NCBI GenBank assembly: GCA_963720465.1 | Contig: OY970393.1 | Location: forward strand, 896,001-960,000 | DNA length: 64,000 nt | Direction of reading: 5' to 3' | Source of the DNA: Methanobacteriota archaeon | Lineage (GTDB): Archaea > Halobacteriota > Bog-38 > Methanoflorentales > Methanoflorentaceae | Shown: piece after piece, positions 21,247-30,540 of the stretch | Layout: each line of letters opens with the position of its first letter | Numbering within the stretch: position 1 is the first letter of the stretch | Notes under the pieces: generated by a model | Databases searched by the model: none | Seen by the model: the letters and a program-made list of their open reading frames with translations, nothing else | What the model was told of the DNA's origin: nothing | Translations under genes and position numbers: made by a program

Positions 21247-21332
21247 TTACAAAATGGTGCAGCCACACGGGATGACGACGAGCTCGCTTAGGAGCGCGCA
21301 AAGAAGACCATTACAAGCTTTTTCGCGTTCAT
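21247..21332 (-). pseudogene. Remnant of a modA-like lipoprotein signal peptide
   Basis: MNAKKLVMV, then after a frameshift LCALLSELVVIPCGCT, compared with ModA MIKKKIIPVVLCALVSVLVVTMSGCT. A ModE-like box lies upstream. Confidence 0.45.
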
Positions 21333-21500
21333 AACTAGTCTTCTTTATTCATGGTCAGCGTGTAGGAGGGAACGCCTTCCCGTATGGCCACAAGTGCTTC
21401 ACGGCGTTGAACCGCGCTTAGTTCAACGTCGCTAAGCTGGTGAAATAAGCAACGGTTTCGCTCTCGTTGCTTTGCGCACAGTATGAGGTTAATCATACTT

Positions 21501-21530
21501 AAGCGTTATTACGTGCCAGTAATAACGCTT
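21501..21530. promoter_or_regulatory. ModE-like operator (perfect 12-bp inverted repeat)
   Basis: AAGCGTTATTAC-GTGCCA-GTAATAACGCTT fits the CGNTATATA-N6-TATATANCG spacing and lies upstream of mop. Confidence 0.7.
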
Positions 21531-21810
21531 TTATAACACAAAATACATGATGCTTTGAGGTTCGGGATGTTACACAACTCCCTTACCTTATCTCCCAGAT
21601 TTGTTGAAGAAGTGGCAACATATGCACAGCGTGCATATGCGTCTTCTTTGCCTAGCGATCGTAGGCCTTATGAGTTGTGCTTTGTCCGTCTTTTTACATT
21701 TCTTCCTGCGCAATTGCTTTCAAGAGGGGCAACCTCGAAAACAAATGGCCAGAATATTGCAAGGACAAATGATAAGAACCAACAGGTTAAGCTGAAAAAG
21801 GTGATACAAA

Positions 21811-22017
21811 ATGCCTATTAGCATACGTAACCAATTTCCCGGTACAGTCAAAGAAGTAAAGTTGGGCGCTGTAATGGCCGAGATCATCGTGCAAGTTGGT
21901 GGTGGCAATCAGTTCATTTCAGCCATCACCAAAGATGCCGCAGAGGACCTCGCACTCAAAGCCGGCGATGAAGTGACTGTGCTGGTGAAATCAACATCGG
22001 TCATGATTCAAAAATAA
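21811..22017 (+). CDS. TOBE-domain molybdate-binding protein (Mop/molbindin)
   Basis: SIRNQFPGTV...SAITKDAAEDLAL...LVKSTSV; 68 aa. Confidence 0.9.
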   Translation: MPISIRNQFPGTVKEVKLGAVMAEIIVQVGGGNQFISAITKDAAEDLALKAGDEVTVLVKSTSVMIQK

Positions 22018-22187
22018 TATTGAACGCTGAAAACCGGCTTGACTTCAGTGCTCAGGAGCACGAAATACGCGGATCCCAAACAAAATATAAAGTACATTTC
22101 GGCTAATGATAAGCTCCAACAGCCTGAGCTCACGCGAAAACAACTGGTGTTGAAGGATCTCCAGGAGGGACGCTAGCTCTGCAGAAG

Positions 22188-23621
22188 ATGTTGATCTACG
22201 GCGAATGGGTTCCTGCGGCAGCAGGCCGTTCTATTGGCGTCTACAACCCGGCTACCGCCGAGGCTGTAGACGAGGTTCCAGCAGCGTCAACTGAAGACGT
22301 AGCTGCCGCTATTGGGGCAGCGCACTCCGCCTTTCCTGCTTGGGCACACACGTCTGCTGCAAAGCGTGCCGAGCTGCTCGACAGGTCACGCAGTTTATTG
22401 CTATCCCGTCGGGAAGAAATTGCGCGGTCCATTACAGAAGAATGTGGAAAACCGTTGCGCCAATCACGTGGAGAAATCAACGTAGCAGCTGATTTCATAC
22501 GTTGGTACGCTGAAGAAGGAAGGCGTTCGTACGGAGAATGGATCCCCGATCCTTTACCAGACCGACGTTTGCTGACCATTCGACAACCGATAGGCGTCGC
22601 TGCAATCATTACTCCTTGGAATTTTCCTGCCTATATGGTTGCGAGAACGGCTACGGCAGCCTTAGCCGCAGGCTGCACAGTCGTCATAAAGCCGGCCAGA
22701 CAAACCCCCCTCACAGCACTTGCTCTGGCTCGTGCGTTCAACGACGGAGGAATACCCCCAGGCGTCTTGAATGTAGTCACCGGCGACGCAAGTGTCATTG
22801 GACAAGCATTTCTCGAAGATCAACGCGTTAGAAAGATCTCCTTTGCAGGTTCGCCCGATGTGGGCAAACTACTGATGCGGGGAGCGGCGAATCACATCAA
22901 GCGAGTTTCATTGGAGCTCGGAGGTCACGCGGCCTTTATCATTATGAGTGATGCAGCTCTTGATCGAGCTGTCGACGGTTTAATGTCGGCCAAATTCCAG
23001 AACGCGGGCCAAACATGCATCGCTCCAAACCACGTCTACGTACACTCGAGCTTGGTTGAACCCTTCTTAACGCTGCTATCTTCCCGCGTCGAAAGACTCA
23101 AGGTAGGCAACGGTCTTGATCCTGAGACCGACGTAGGTCCGCTTATAAATCGAGACGCACTCGAAAAAGTGAGTGGCCACGTCAACGATGCCATTGATCA
23201 CGGAGCTCGCCTGCTAACCGGAGGACATCAACTCACGGCGCATGACCAAGCAAAGGGCAACTTCTATGCACCAACCATATTAGCGGACGTGGCCCCACAA
23301 ATGCGCATAACGTGCGAAGAAACCTTTGGACCGGTCATAGCGGTGACCGCTTTTGAATCCGACGACGAAGCAATCGACCATGCGAACAGCACGCAATACG
23401 GACTGGCAGCTTATCTCTACACACGCGATTTGAGCAAAGCAATACGACTTGCAGAGCGACTCGATGTCGGAATGGTTGGAGTGAATGATACGCGAATCGC
23501 AGCCGTTGAAGCTCCCTTTGGAGGGGTAAAATTGAGTGGTATTGGTCGCGAAGGCGGTCGTGAAGGATTGGCAGCTTTCATGGAAACTAAGCAGTTAGCG
23601 TTTCGGATTGAGCCTGCGTAG
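22188..23621 (+). CDS. NAD(P)-dependent aldehyde dehydrogenase (succinate-semialdehyde dehydrogenase-like)
   Basis: ITPWNFP, LELGGH, NAGQTC, EETFGP and APFGGVKLSGIGREGG motifs. Confidence 0.9.
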   Translation: MLIYGEWVPAAAGRSIGVYNPATAEAVDEVPAASTEDVAAAIGAAHSAFPAWAHTSAAKRAELLDRSRSLLLSRREEIARSITEECGKPLRQSRGEINVAADFIRWYAEEGRRSYGEWIPDPLPDRRLLTIRQPIGVAAIITPWNFPAYMVARTATAALAAGCTVVIKPARQTPLTALALARAFNDGGIPPGVLNVVTGDASVIGQAFLEDQRVRKISFAGSPDVGKLLMRGAANHIKRVSLELGGHAAFIIMSDAALDRAVDGLMSAKFQNAGQTCIAPNHVYVHSSLVEPFLTLLSSRVERLKVGNGLDPETDVGPLINRDALEKVSGHVNDAIDHGARLLTGGHQLTAHDQAKGNFYAPTILADVAPQMRITCEETFGPVIAVTAFESDDEAIDHANSTQYGLAAYLYTRDLSKAIRLAERLDVGMVGVNDTRIAAVEAPFGGVKLSGIGREGGREGLAAFMETKQLAFRIEPA

Positions 23622-23684
23622 TGTAAGATTTTCAAATGTGAACAAGTATCTAAGATTTCGAAGCGGGCAAGCGAAAGTCGGACG

Positions 23685-23812
23685 GAGGACGCGAGCACCC
23701 TCGGGGACCGCTTGAGGATGGTCGCAGGAACTCTGGATACGTCGGGCTATCCAGAGAGCACTACCGCCTTAACCAGCCCCGTAGGCCTTTTTTCCGGAAC
23801 CGGCCGAAGCGT
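23685..23812 (-). ncRNA. Candidate GC-rich structured ncRNA (possibly HgcC-like)
   Basis: Intergenic GC-rich block with a perfect 9-bp hairpin CTCTGGATA-N8-TATCCAGAG and a further stem GACC..GGTC. TATA-like CTTTAAGC on the minus strand near 23875. The family guess is from memory and unverified. Confidence 0.45.
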
Positions 23813-23897
23813 GCCCTTCTAAAGGGTAAACCCACAGATATTCCGGGCGCAATCATTGCGAAGATTCGCATAGCTTAAAGGACTGTCACAACTCTTT

Positions 23898-24194
23898 TTA
23901 GACCCCGCCCAGCGACGCGGAGCGTCGTGCTTTATCTCTTAATTCCTTACACGTCTTTTTAAGCTGCTCCACTTTTTCATATTCGTTGAGGGCTATCAAT
24001 TTCGCTGCCAAGGCTTCGCCCGCTTTGGCCGCAGCCAAGTTGTCGCTCTTCTCCTCATTCAAGAAGAGTTCAATCTCTTCATTGCTGAGAAACGACTCCT
24101 TCTTGTTGGCGTCACCGATAAGAAAACGGACTTTAGCCAGCCGCACTTTAGTCAGCCTTGAATCTGCCGAATTTCCATTATAAGGCCCCGTCAT
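23898..24194 (-). CDS. Phage head-tail-connector-like small protein
   Basis: KVRFLIGD...FLSNEEIELFL...LAAAKAGEALAAK resembles tailed-virus neck/adaptor proteins. TATA-like TTTAAATA lies upstream. Confidence 0.55.
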   Translation of the reverse strand: MTGPYNGNSADSRLTKVRLAKVRFLIGDANKKESFLSNEEIELFLNEEKSDNLAAAKAGEALAAKLIALNEYEKVEQLKKTCKELRDKARRSASLGGV

Positions 24195-24631
24195 GCTTCT
24201 TTGAGCAAACTATTTAAAGGTCGATGAAATATGCGTTCGAGCATACCAAAAAAGCTCATTAAAAGCCTCCACGTGGCCACTCGACTCATCAATATTACCC
24301 GCAGGCCGTTTTAGTCAGTTTTTTGAGCTTCTGCGTAGAGGAATTTTTATCAAGGTGGTACTCGGTCACGAACCGAACAGGCGCCAGAAGGGCCAACCAG
24401 TCGAACAGCCAGTCTTGACCGCCTTTGAGCTGGCCGACTCTAAGGTGCTTGAAACTTCGTTGTATACTGTTCTAATCTTTATAAGGCAGGCATCCTTCGT
24501 TTCGACTCAGCTCACCTCAATGGATCGCTAGCTAAAAAAGCGGCACCGCACCACACGCGGCGGCGGGTGCAATCAGGACGTGCTGCCCCGAGCTTACTGC
24601 GAACGCTTCATTCAGGGACTTTTTTTACTGG

Positions 24632-25516
24632 TCAGGTCGCAACAGCAGTAGTTGCGCTCTGCGATGCTGCTGATGATGCGGCAGCAGTGGTCGTGTTCTG
24701 CGAAGTCGGTGAAATCATGAAACCGTAGCTCGACAAGATTGCTTGTCCTGCAGGCGAGGTGACATAGTTGACGAAATTCTGCGCGTCTTGAGCGTTCGGC
24801 GAAGCGCTTAGCACCCCAATGTAGTAAGTAGCAAGGACGTTAACACTGTCAGGAATCGCGATGACCTGCACTTTACTCTGGTATGCAGGTGGAACTTGGG
24901 ATTTGTATACAATACCCGCATCAGCCTCTCCAAGCGCGACTTTGACTACGACGTCATTAACCTGCGTTTCCGTTGACACAACGTTTGACATGACGCTGTT
25001 CTTGAAGCCGGAACCGTACGTCGTGTTATTAGACGCTTTTGCGAGCATTTGCAGCGTGTAATTCCCGACCGGGACAGAACTGTTCGCGATATCGAGTTTT
25101 ATTCCTGGCTTTGCGAGATCGGCCAGACTGGTGATGTTTGCGGGGTTCGCTGTCGGGACGATGATGGCTAACTTGTTATATGCGAAAGTGGTAACGCTTG
25201 AGTTGTTCATCAACCCTGCGTTCTGCACATTCTGCATTTGCGCTAGATTGGCAGACGCGAAAACGTCCGCACTGCCCCCCTGAATTAGTTGGGTTGCCAA
25301 AACGTCACTACCAGCAAAGTTAAAGGTGACGTTGACTCCAGTGTTATTAGCTGTAAAGGCCGCACCCGTCTGATTAAACGCGTCAGTAAGCGAGTCTGCA
25401 GCATCGACCTTGAGCGTCGTGCTTTGCGTAGTCGTAGTCGTGCAGCCACTCATGGTGACAACGAGCACGCTTACGAGTGCGCAAAGCACTACCGGTATAA
25501 TCTTCTTCTTAATCAT
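24632..25516 (-). CDS. modA: Molybdate/tungstate ABC transporter substrate-binding lipoprotein
   Basis: Lipobox MSGC; AADSL, NFAGS, ADVFASAN, VPVGNY and GEADAGIVY motifs. Confidence 0.92.
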   Translation of the reverse strand: MIKKKIIPVVLCALVSVLVVTMSGCTTTTTQSTTLKVDAADSLTDAFNQTGAAFTANNTGVNVTFNFAGSDVLATQLIQGGSADVFASANLAQMQNVQNAGLMNNSSVTTFAYNKLAIIVPTANPANITSLADLAKPGIKLDIANSSVPVGNYTLQMLAKASNNTTYGSGFKNSVMSNVVSTETQVNDVVVKVALGEADAGIVYKSQVPPAYQSKVQVIAIPDSVNVLATYYIGVLSASPNAQDAQNFVNYVTSPAGQAILSSYGFMISPTSQNTTTAAASSAASQSATTAVAT

Positions 25517-25692
25517 CTGTATCCTCCCTTGTTAGTCATCCGTATCCTCCGTAACTAGCACTTGCGAGCTAGCTTTGAGTTTGTTGGAAATAGCGTTCAT
25601 ACCATCGCCCCGGCTGTGTTGACGGCCACAAGAGTGATGCACCAGCCATTTCCCACTTAACCGGAGTTATAATGCTTTCGCAGATACTTAAA

Positions 25693-25716
25693 CGTTATGA
25701 ATGGTCAATCATAACG
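25693..25716. promoter_or_regulatory. ModE-like operator between divergent modA and modB
   Basis: CGTTATGAA-TGGTCA-ATCATAACG abuts the minus-strand TATA-like TTTAAGTA. Confidence 0.7.
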
Positions 25717-26038
25717 CTTTACAACCCACTTCAACCAAATTTAACGCGCTGTTTTTTTGAGCGAAGCTCAAAAGGGCAATGTCTTATCAAATCGCCTGCG
25801 GAAACAACTGGCCATAGATTTTTATAGCAATAAGCTGTTCGTCTGTAATTAGCTGGGAATTTGAAGCTGGAAGTTCTTATGCAGTCCGTTCGCTTCGTAG
25901 AGGTGTGGCCTCCAGCACGAAGAAGGCAAAACTCCTAGAAAGTCGAAAGTGCGGCTGATCATGTAGAGATCCTTGCGAGAGAGACTTATGCAGTCTTTAA
26001 AAGAGCCCCGCAGTAAGTTTTCATCTTCCCGCACTGCA

Positions 26039-26896
26039 ATGGCTAAATTGACTGGGACGCTTAGCAGAACTGTTGTGTTCCTGATCGTTTTTTTAGCGTT
26101 TGCGGTAGTCGTAACATTTGTCGCCCTGCCTCTCGTGGCGCTCTTTGCGTACGGGACTCTCCCTGGCTTTCTTAACTCCCTTTCGTCCCAAGTGCTCGTG
26201 CAGGCTATCCAACTAAGCTTGGTGACTACACTGGCGACCCTATTGCTTGTCATCACATTTGGTACCCCGGTGGCGTACTTTAACGCGCGCCACAGCTACC
26301 ACGGCAAGAGAATAATAGAAACTCTAATCGATCTTCCAATCATCCTGCCTCCTGCGGTGGCAGGTATCGCGCTCTTACTGGCATTTGGCCGACGAGGATT
26401 GCTTGGTCAGTACTTCAACATCCTGGGAATCAACATCGCCTTTACGACAACCGCTGTAATACTAGCACAAACATTTGTATCGTCTCCTTTCTATATCCGG
26501 CAAGCAACAACGAGTTTTGAAGACGTCGACCCCGACTACGAACGGGCGGCCCATACACTAGGCGCATCAGGTGCAGGAACCTTTTTCCGTGTGACGGTGC
26601 CGATCGCTCTGAACGGCCTGGTTTCTGGAGCACTCATGACGTGGGCACGCGCTCTCGGAGAATTTGGCGCAACTATCATATTTGCAGGCAATCTTCAGGG
26701 CGTAACCCAAACAATGCCTCTTGCCATATATTCTGAGCTCGACATTAGCTTGGATATCGCCGTTTACCTCGCAATCATTCTCGTCCTAATCTCATTTCCG
26801 ATTATCATTACCGTCAAATTGCTCACTTTGAAGGAGAAAAGCGTTGTTAAAGAAAAAGAATCCATTCTCGACCGAGTGCCGCCACCATCTGATTAG
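26039..26896 (+). CDS. modB: Molybdate ABC transporter permease
   Basis: DLPIILPPAVAGIALL, EAA loop YERAAHTLGA and WARALGEFGAT. Start could be 25973 or 26039. Confidence 0.92.
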   Translation: MAKLTGTLSRTVVFLIVFLAFAVVVTFVALPLVALFAYGTLPGFLNSLSSQVLVQAIQLSLVTTLATLLLVITFGTPVAYFNARHSYHGKRIIETLIDLPIILPPAVAGIALLLAFGRRGLLGQYFNILGINIAFTTTAVILAQTFVSSPFYIRQATTSFEDVDPDYERAAHTLGASGAGTFFRVTVPIALNGLVSGALMTWARALGEFGATIIFAGNLQGVTQTMPLAIYSELDISLDIAVYLAIILVLISFPIIITVKLLTLKEKSVVKEKESILDRVPPPSD

Positions 26897-26970
26897 TTAT
26901 GGCGCTTTCGGGCGAGACTATAACGATCTCGAGAGCAGTTTCTTGAATCATTCGACCTGCTCAGCCACAC

Positions 26971-27612
26971 TCATTGATGGAGCGCGTCAGCAGATTTCTC
27001 GTAGTAACTCGTTCCCGCACAGGATGTGCACACGCCGTCTTCAACCAAATAGTCCGGCACCATCTCTGCGCATACGGGACATTGCACGGCCTGCCATACC
27101 GCCTTTTTAGGAACCGAGACTTTGACCCGTTCCCAGGAGAGAATATCTCGCCCAGCCTGTAGAATCTCGTCATAAACCCGGTCTTTTTCAGTAACGTGAT
27201 TGTAACGTGGATCGTTCGTATACCAGAGATTGAGCATTGGATACCCCGGGATCTTCGTTGCGTCAACATAAACGCGTATCCCGTCGGCACGATCTTCGGT
27301 AGAACCTCTGTTTAACGTAATAGAGAACTTGCCGGTTTCTATTATGCGTAGTTGCTTGTTGCCGATAGTGGCGCTCGTAATGACTTGCACGGCATCGGGC
27401 GCACATTTCGGTGTCTCGGCCACCGCGTACAACTTCTCACCGAGAGTCGCCCCGAGTTTTTCCAAAGCCAAATCGACCATGAAAACGCCAATAAGCAATC
27501 CAGGGGGAACAAAACCGTGAAATGACACGCACCTCCTAATATATCCCCTAATTCTTTCTTCCGTGCCGTAGGCGTTCATCAACGTTTCAAGTTTGTCAAC
27601 TGAGATACTCAT
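26971..27612 (-). CDS. fmdE: FmdE-family protein with C-terminal zinc ribbon
   Basis: FHG..PG, ETPKCAPDAVQ and CPVCAE...CTSC. Confidence 0.85.
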   Translation of the reverse strand: MSISVDKLETLMNAYGTEERIRGYIRRCVSFHGFVPPGLLIGVFMVDLALEKLGATLGEKLYAVAETPKCAPDAVQVITSATIGNKQLRIIETGKFSITLNRGSTEDRADGIRVYVDATKIPGYPMLNLWYTNDPRYNHVTEKDRVYDEILQAGRDILSWERVKVSVPKKAVWQAVQCPVCAEMVPDYLVEDGVCTSCAGTSYYEKSADALHQ

Positions 27613-27642
27613 AGGGGATCCCCGCTTGATTACACGCAGATA

Positions 27643-27666
27643 CGATGTTTTCCGTTGATTATAACG
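27643..27666. promoter_or_regulatory. ModE-like operator between fmdE and fmdB
   Basis: CGATGTTTT-CCGTTG-ATTATAACG has the same spacing. The right half is strong and the left half weaker. Confidence 0.5.
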
Positions 27667-27851
27667 ATACTTTTATATTTTCTGTTGCCAACATATAAAC
27701 AAAGTGGTATTATAATAAAGCAATATCGCTAACGGCGCAAAGGTTCGCAGTGTCTGCCAAAGTCACGAGTCGAAAAAATGTCATTTCTCGTCTTTCACTC
27801 ATAAACAGAAGAATACGATTTCGCGGTAGAATTGCGAATTGAGGTGCAAAT

Positions 27852-29291
27852 ATGAGTTCTGAAGCACAAGAAGGCCAAACTAGCAACAAAATTACCTGTA
27901 CGGACGTAACGTGCCCGGTGTGCGGTATAACGTGCGATGACATAGAAGTCGAACTCGATGATGTCTCAGTCGTCACGCGCAATGCCTGCATCATGGGCGA
28001 CGCGAAGTTCAAGGAGCTTCGAAGTAGCCATCGAATTACCGCTCCGCTAATCAACGGAAAGGAAGCACCGTGGAGCGATGCAATCGATAAAGCTGCTGAG
28101 ATTCTCGTAAATGCGAAACGACCGTTCTTTTTTATCGGCAGCGAAACGGCCACTGAGGCTATGTCTGTCGGCATCGAGATCGCAGAGATGCTCGGCGGAC
28201 TGGTCGACGGCAACGCGACGATTTGCCACGGACCAACGGTTATGGCCATTCAAGATGTCGGCCAGGTCGGCTGCACCCTCGGCGAGACCCGCAACAGAGC
28301 GGATCTTGACATCTACTGGGGTGCCAATCCCGAAGACTCGCATCCGAGACACTTAAGCCGCCATTCGGTATTCCAGCGCGGCTTTTTCACGGGGCAAGGA
28401 CGCTTCGGGCGACAGATAATCGTCGTCGACCCACGACGTTCGACCACCGCCGAGCACGCCGATCTCCACCTCCAGCTCAAGCCCGGGACCGATTTCGAAA
28501 CGTTGAACGCTCTTATGACGATCCTCAACGGGTTTGAACCGCACGAATCATTCACTGAAGTGACCGGCATTAGCAGGGAAGATATCTACAAAGCCGCCGA
28601 CATGATCAAGGACGCACGCTTTGGGGTAATCTGGGTCGGTCTAGGTATCGCTAGCACCCGCGGCAAGCACTACAACGCATCCATGGCGATGCGGTTGACG
28701 CAACTCGGCAACAAGTACGGAAAGTTCGTCATCTTGGCAAACAGGGGACACTGTAACGTCGCGGGGTTCAACGAAGTCCTAGCGTGGCAGTGTGGGTTCC
28801 CGTACGCCGTCGATTTCTCGACCGGTGAACCACGCTATCAACCAGGCGAGTATTCGACCGTCGACGCACTGCGGCGAGCCGAAGTTGACGCGTTGTTCTG
28901 CATGTGTGCCGATCTCGGAGCCCATTTACCGAAAAGGGCCGTTGAAAGGATGTGTGAGATCCCAGTCGTCTCCATAGAAACGGCAGAGGGGCCACAAGCT
29001 TTCATTAGCGACGTTGTGCTCCCCGGCGTTTTGGACGGAATGGAGTGCGAGGGAACGTTCTATCGGATGGACAACGTTCCGTGCCACGCACGGAGCTTCT
29101 GCGATCCACCATTTGACTTCACGAAGTCTAATGAAGACACGCTAATACAGCTGCGTGACGCGATCAAGCAAAAACTCGCCGCACGCCAAACGGCGACGGC
29201 AGAAGGGGCGGTAGAGACCGGAGCGAAGGCGACCATGCTCTCCGAAGAAGAGTTCGGGCGGCGCCTAGACACGCTGCTGTCGCAGCCCTGA
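27852..29291 (+). CDS. fmdB: Formylmethanofuran dehydrogenase subunit B (Mo/W-pterin)
   Basis: CPVCGITCDD...NAC, ICHGP (Cys ligand), WGANPEDSHPRH, RGHCNVAG and GTFYRMD. Confidence 0.92.
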   Translation: MSSEAQEGQTSNKITCTDVTCPVCGITCDDIEVELDDVSVVTRNACIMGDAKFKELRSSHRITAPLINGKEAPWSDAIDKAAEILVNAKRPFFFIGSETATEAMSVGIEIAEMLGGLVDGNATICHGPTVMAIQDVGQVGCTLGETRNRADLDIYWGANPEDSHPRHLSRHSVFQRGFFTGQGRFGRQIIVVDPRRSTTAEHADLHLQLKPGTDFETLNALMTILNGFEPHESFTEVTGISREDIYKAADMIKDARFGVIWVGLGIASTRGKHYNASMAMRLTQLGNKYGKFVILANRGHCNVAGFNEVLAWQCGFPYAVDFSTGEPRYQPGEYSTVDALRRAEVDALFCMCADLGAHLPKRAVERMCEIPVVSIETAEGPQAFISDVVLPGVLDGMECEGTFYRMDNVPCHARSFCDPPFDFTKSNEDTLIQLRDAIKQKLAARQTATAEGAVETGAKATMLSEEEFGRRLDTLLSQP

Positions 29292-29307
29292 TCCCAAAGG
29301 CACCGAG

Positions 29308-29739
29308 GTGAACGAATTGGAAATAATACTCAACACGGGCGGCACCGCGTTTCAGGGCGCGGTCATCAAAGGGGGCCGCAAATTCACGGACGAATACACC
29401 AAAGAAGCGGCATACTGCGACATCAGTCCTGAAGACTTTGCCGCATTAGGCAAGCCGTGGTTGGTAAAAATCACGAACGAGTACGGCGATAGCGTCGTAG
29501 TCCACGCGAAAAAAACCGACAGGCAACAAAAAGGGGAGATCTTCATTCCTCGCGGGCCGTGGGCGAACATCGTTGTCACCACATACACTGAGTCAACAGG
29601 CAGTCCTGCTTACAAGAACAGAAAAGTGGAAATTGAGAAGGGCAGCGGTCCCGTGCTTGATCCTGTGACCCTCATGAAAAAATATTACTCGAAACGCACG
29701 ACACACACAGGCAGAACACCGGCAGAAGGAGGCGCTTAA
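29308..29739 (+). CDS. fmdD: Formylmethanofuran dehydrogenase subunit D
   Basis: LNTGGT...FIPRGPWANIV..T.STGSPAYK. Confidence 0.9.
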   Translation: MNELEIILNTGGTAFQGAVIKGGRKFTDEYTKEAAYCDISPEDFAALGKPWLVKITNEYGDSVVVHAKKTDRQQKGEIFIPRGPWANIVVTTYTESTGSPAYKNRKVEIEKGSGPVLDPVTLMKKYYSKRTTHTGRTPAEGGA

Positions 29740-30540
29740 ATGGAACGCTTGACGCTGACACCAAGAGACGTCGAATATCTCGTACTCGAAGCTCCCGTTA
29801 TAACGCCTGACGCCGTCTGCGGAAAAACGCTCGAAGAAATTGCTCAGCTGCCAGTGCTCGAGGGAAACACCACGTGGCCGCTCGGACGGTTTTTCACTAT
29901 CACGGGCAAAGTGGCAGATGCGGCAGAGGATCAAGGGATCATTGTCGACGGCGACGTGCCGCGTGTTAAGTACATCGGCTCGAAGATGACTGCTGGAGCT
30001 GTCCTCTGCAAAGGGGACATCGATATGTACTGCGGCGCGTGGATGAAGGGCGGCAGAATACGGGTCAAAGGAGACGCTGATGCATTTGCGGCCATCCAGA
30101 TGGAGGGCGGCGATATCCTGTTTGAAGCGAACGTCGGCGATTATCTCGGCGCTTCCTATCGCGGCGATTGGCGTGGCATGAAAGGCGGCAATATCGTCGT
30201 CAACGGCAACGCCGGTGTGAGCTTGGGTGAATACATGATGGGTGGCAAGATCACGGTAATGGGCAACGTCGGTATTAACGCCGGAATCCATATGGGAAAG
30301 GGCATCGGAGCCAAAGACCCCCTTCCTACCATCATCATCCACGGAGACTCGCCAGGGCGCGTCGGTGCGTTCATGAACCGCGGCAAAATCTACGTACTGG
30401 GAACGATTGAAGCAATGATGCCAGGTTTCTCTACAGACGGGACTGAAGAGATCGAAATCGACGGAGTGAAAGCCACCTTCCAGGTTCTCGACGGCGATCA
30501 TGGTGAAAAGGGAAGGGGAAAACTGTTCGTAAAGACATAA
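29740..30540 (+). CDS. fmdC: Formylmethanofuran dehydrogenase subunit C
   Basis: GxxMxGG beta-helix repeats and GASYRGDWRGMKGG. Confidence 0.92.
   Translation: MERLTLTPRDVEYLVLEAPVITPDAVCGKTLEEIAQLPVLEGNTTWPLGRFFTITGKVADAAEDQGIIVDGDVPRVKYIGSKMTAGAVLCKGDIDMYCGAWMKGGRIRVKGDADAFAAIQMEGGDILFEANVGDYLGASYRGDWRGMKGGNIVVNGNAGVSLGEYMMGGKITVMGNVGINAGIHMGKGIGAKDPLPTIIIHGDSPGRVGAFMNRGKIYVLGTIEAMMPGFSTDGTEEIEIDGVKATFQVLDGDHGEKGRGKLFVKT

Noticed and set aside
21360-21400. Moco-riboswitch-like GCCTTCCCGTATGG
   Set aside because: Other motif elements are absent, and it lies outside the likely mop transcript.
1-24200. An intact provirus spanning TerL to the connector-like gene
   Set aside because: No portal, capsid or tail genes, the integrase is a fragment, no att repeats were seen, and host genes are interspersed.
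28215-28240. Selenocysteine in FmdB
   Set aside because: The ligand codon in ICHGP is TGC (Cys), with no in-frame TGA.
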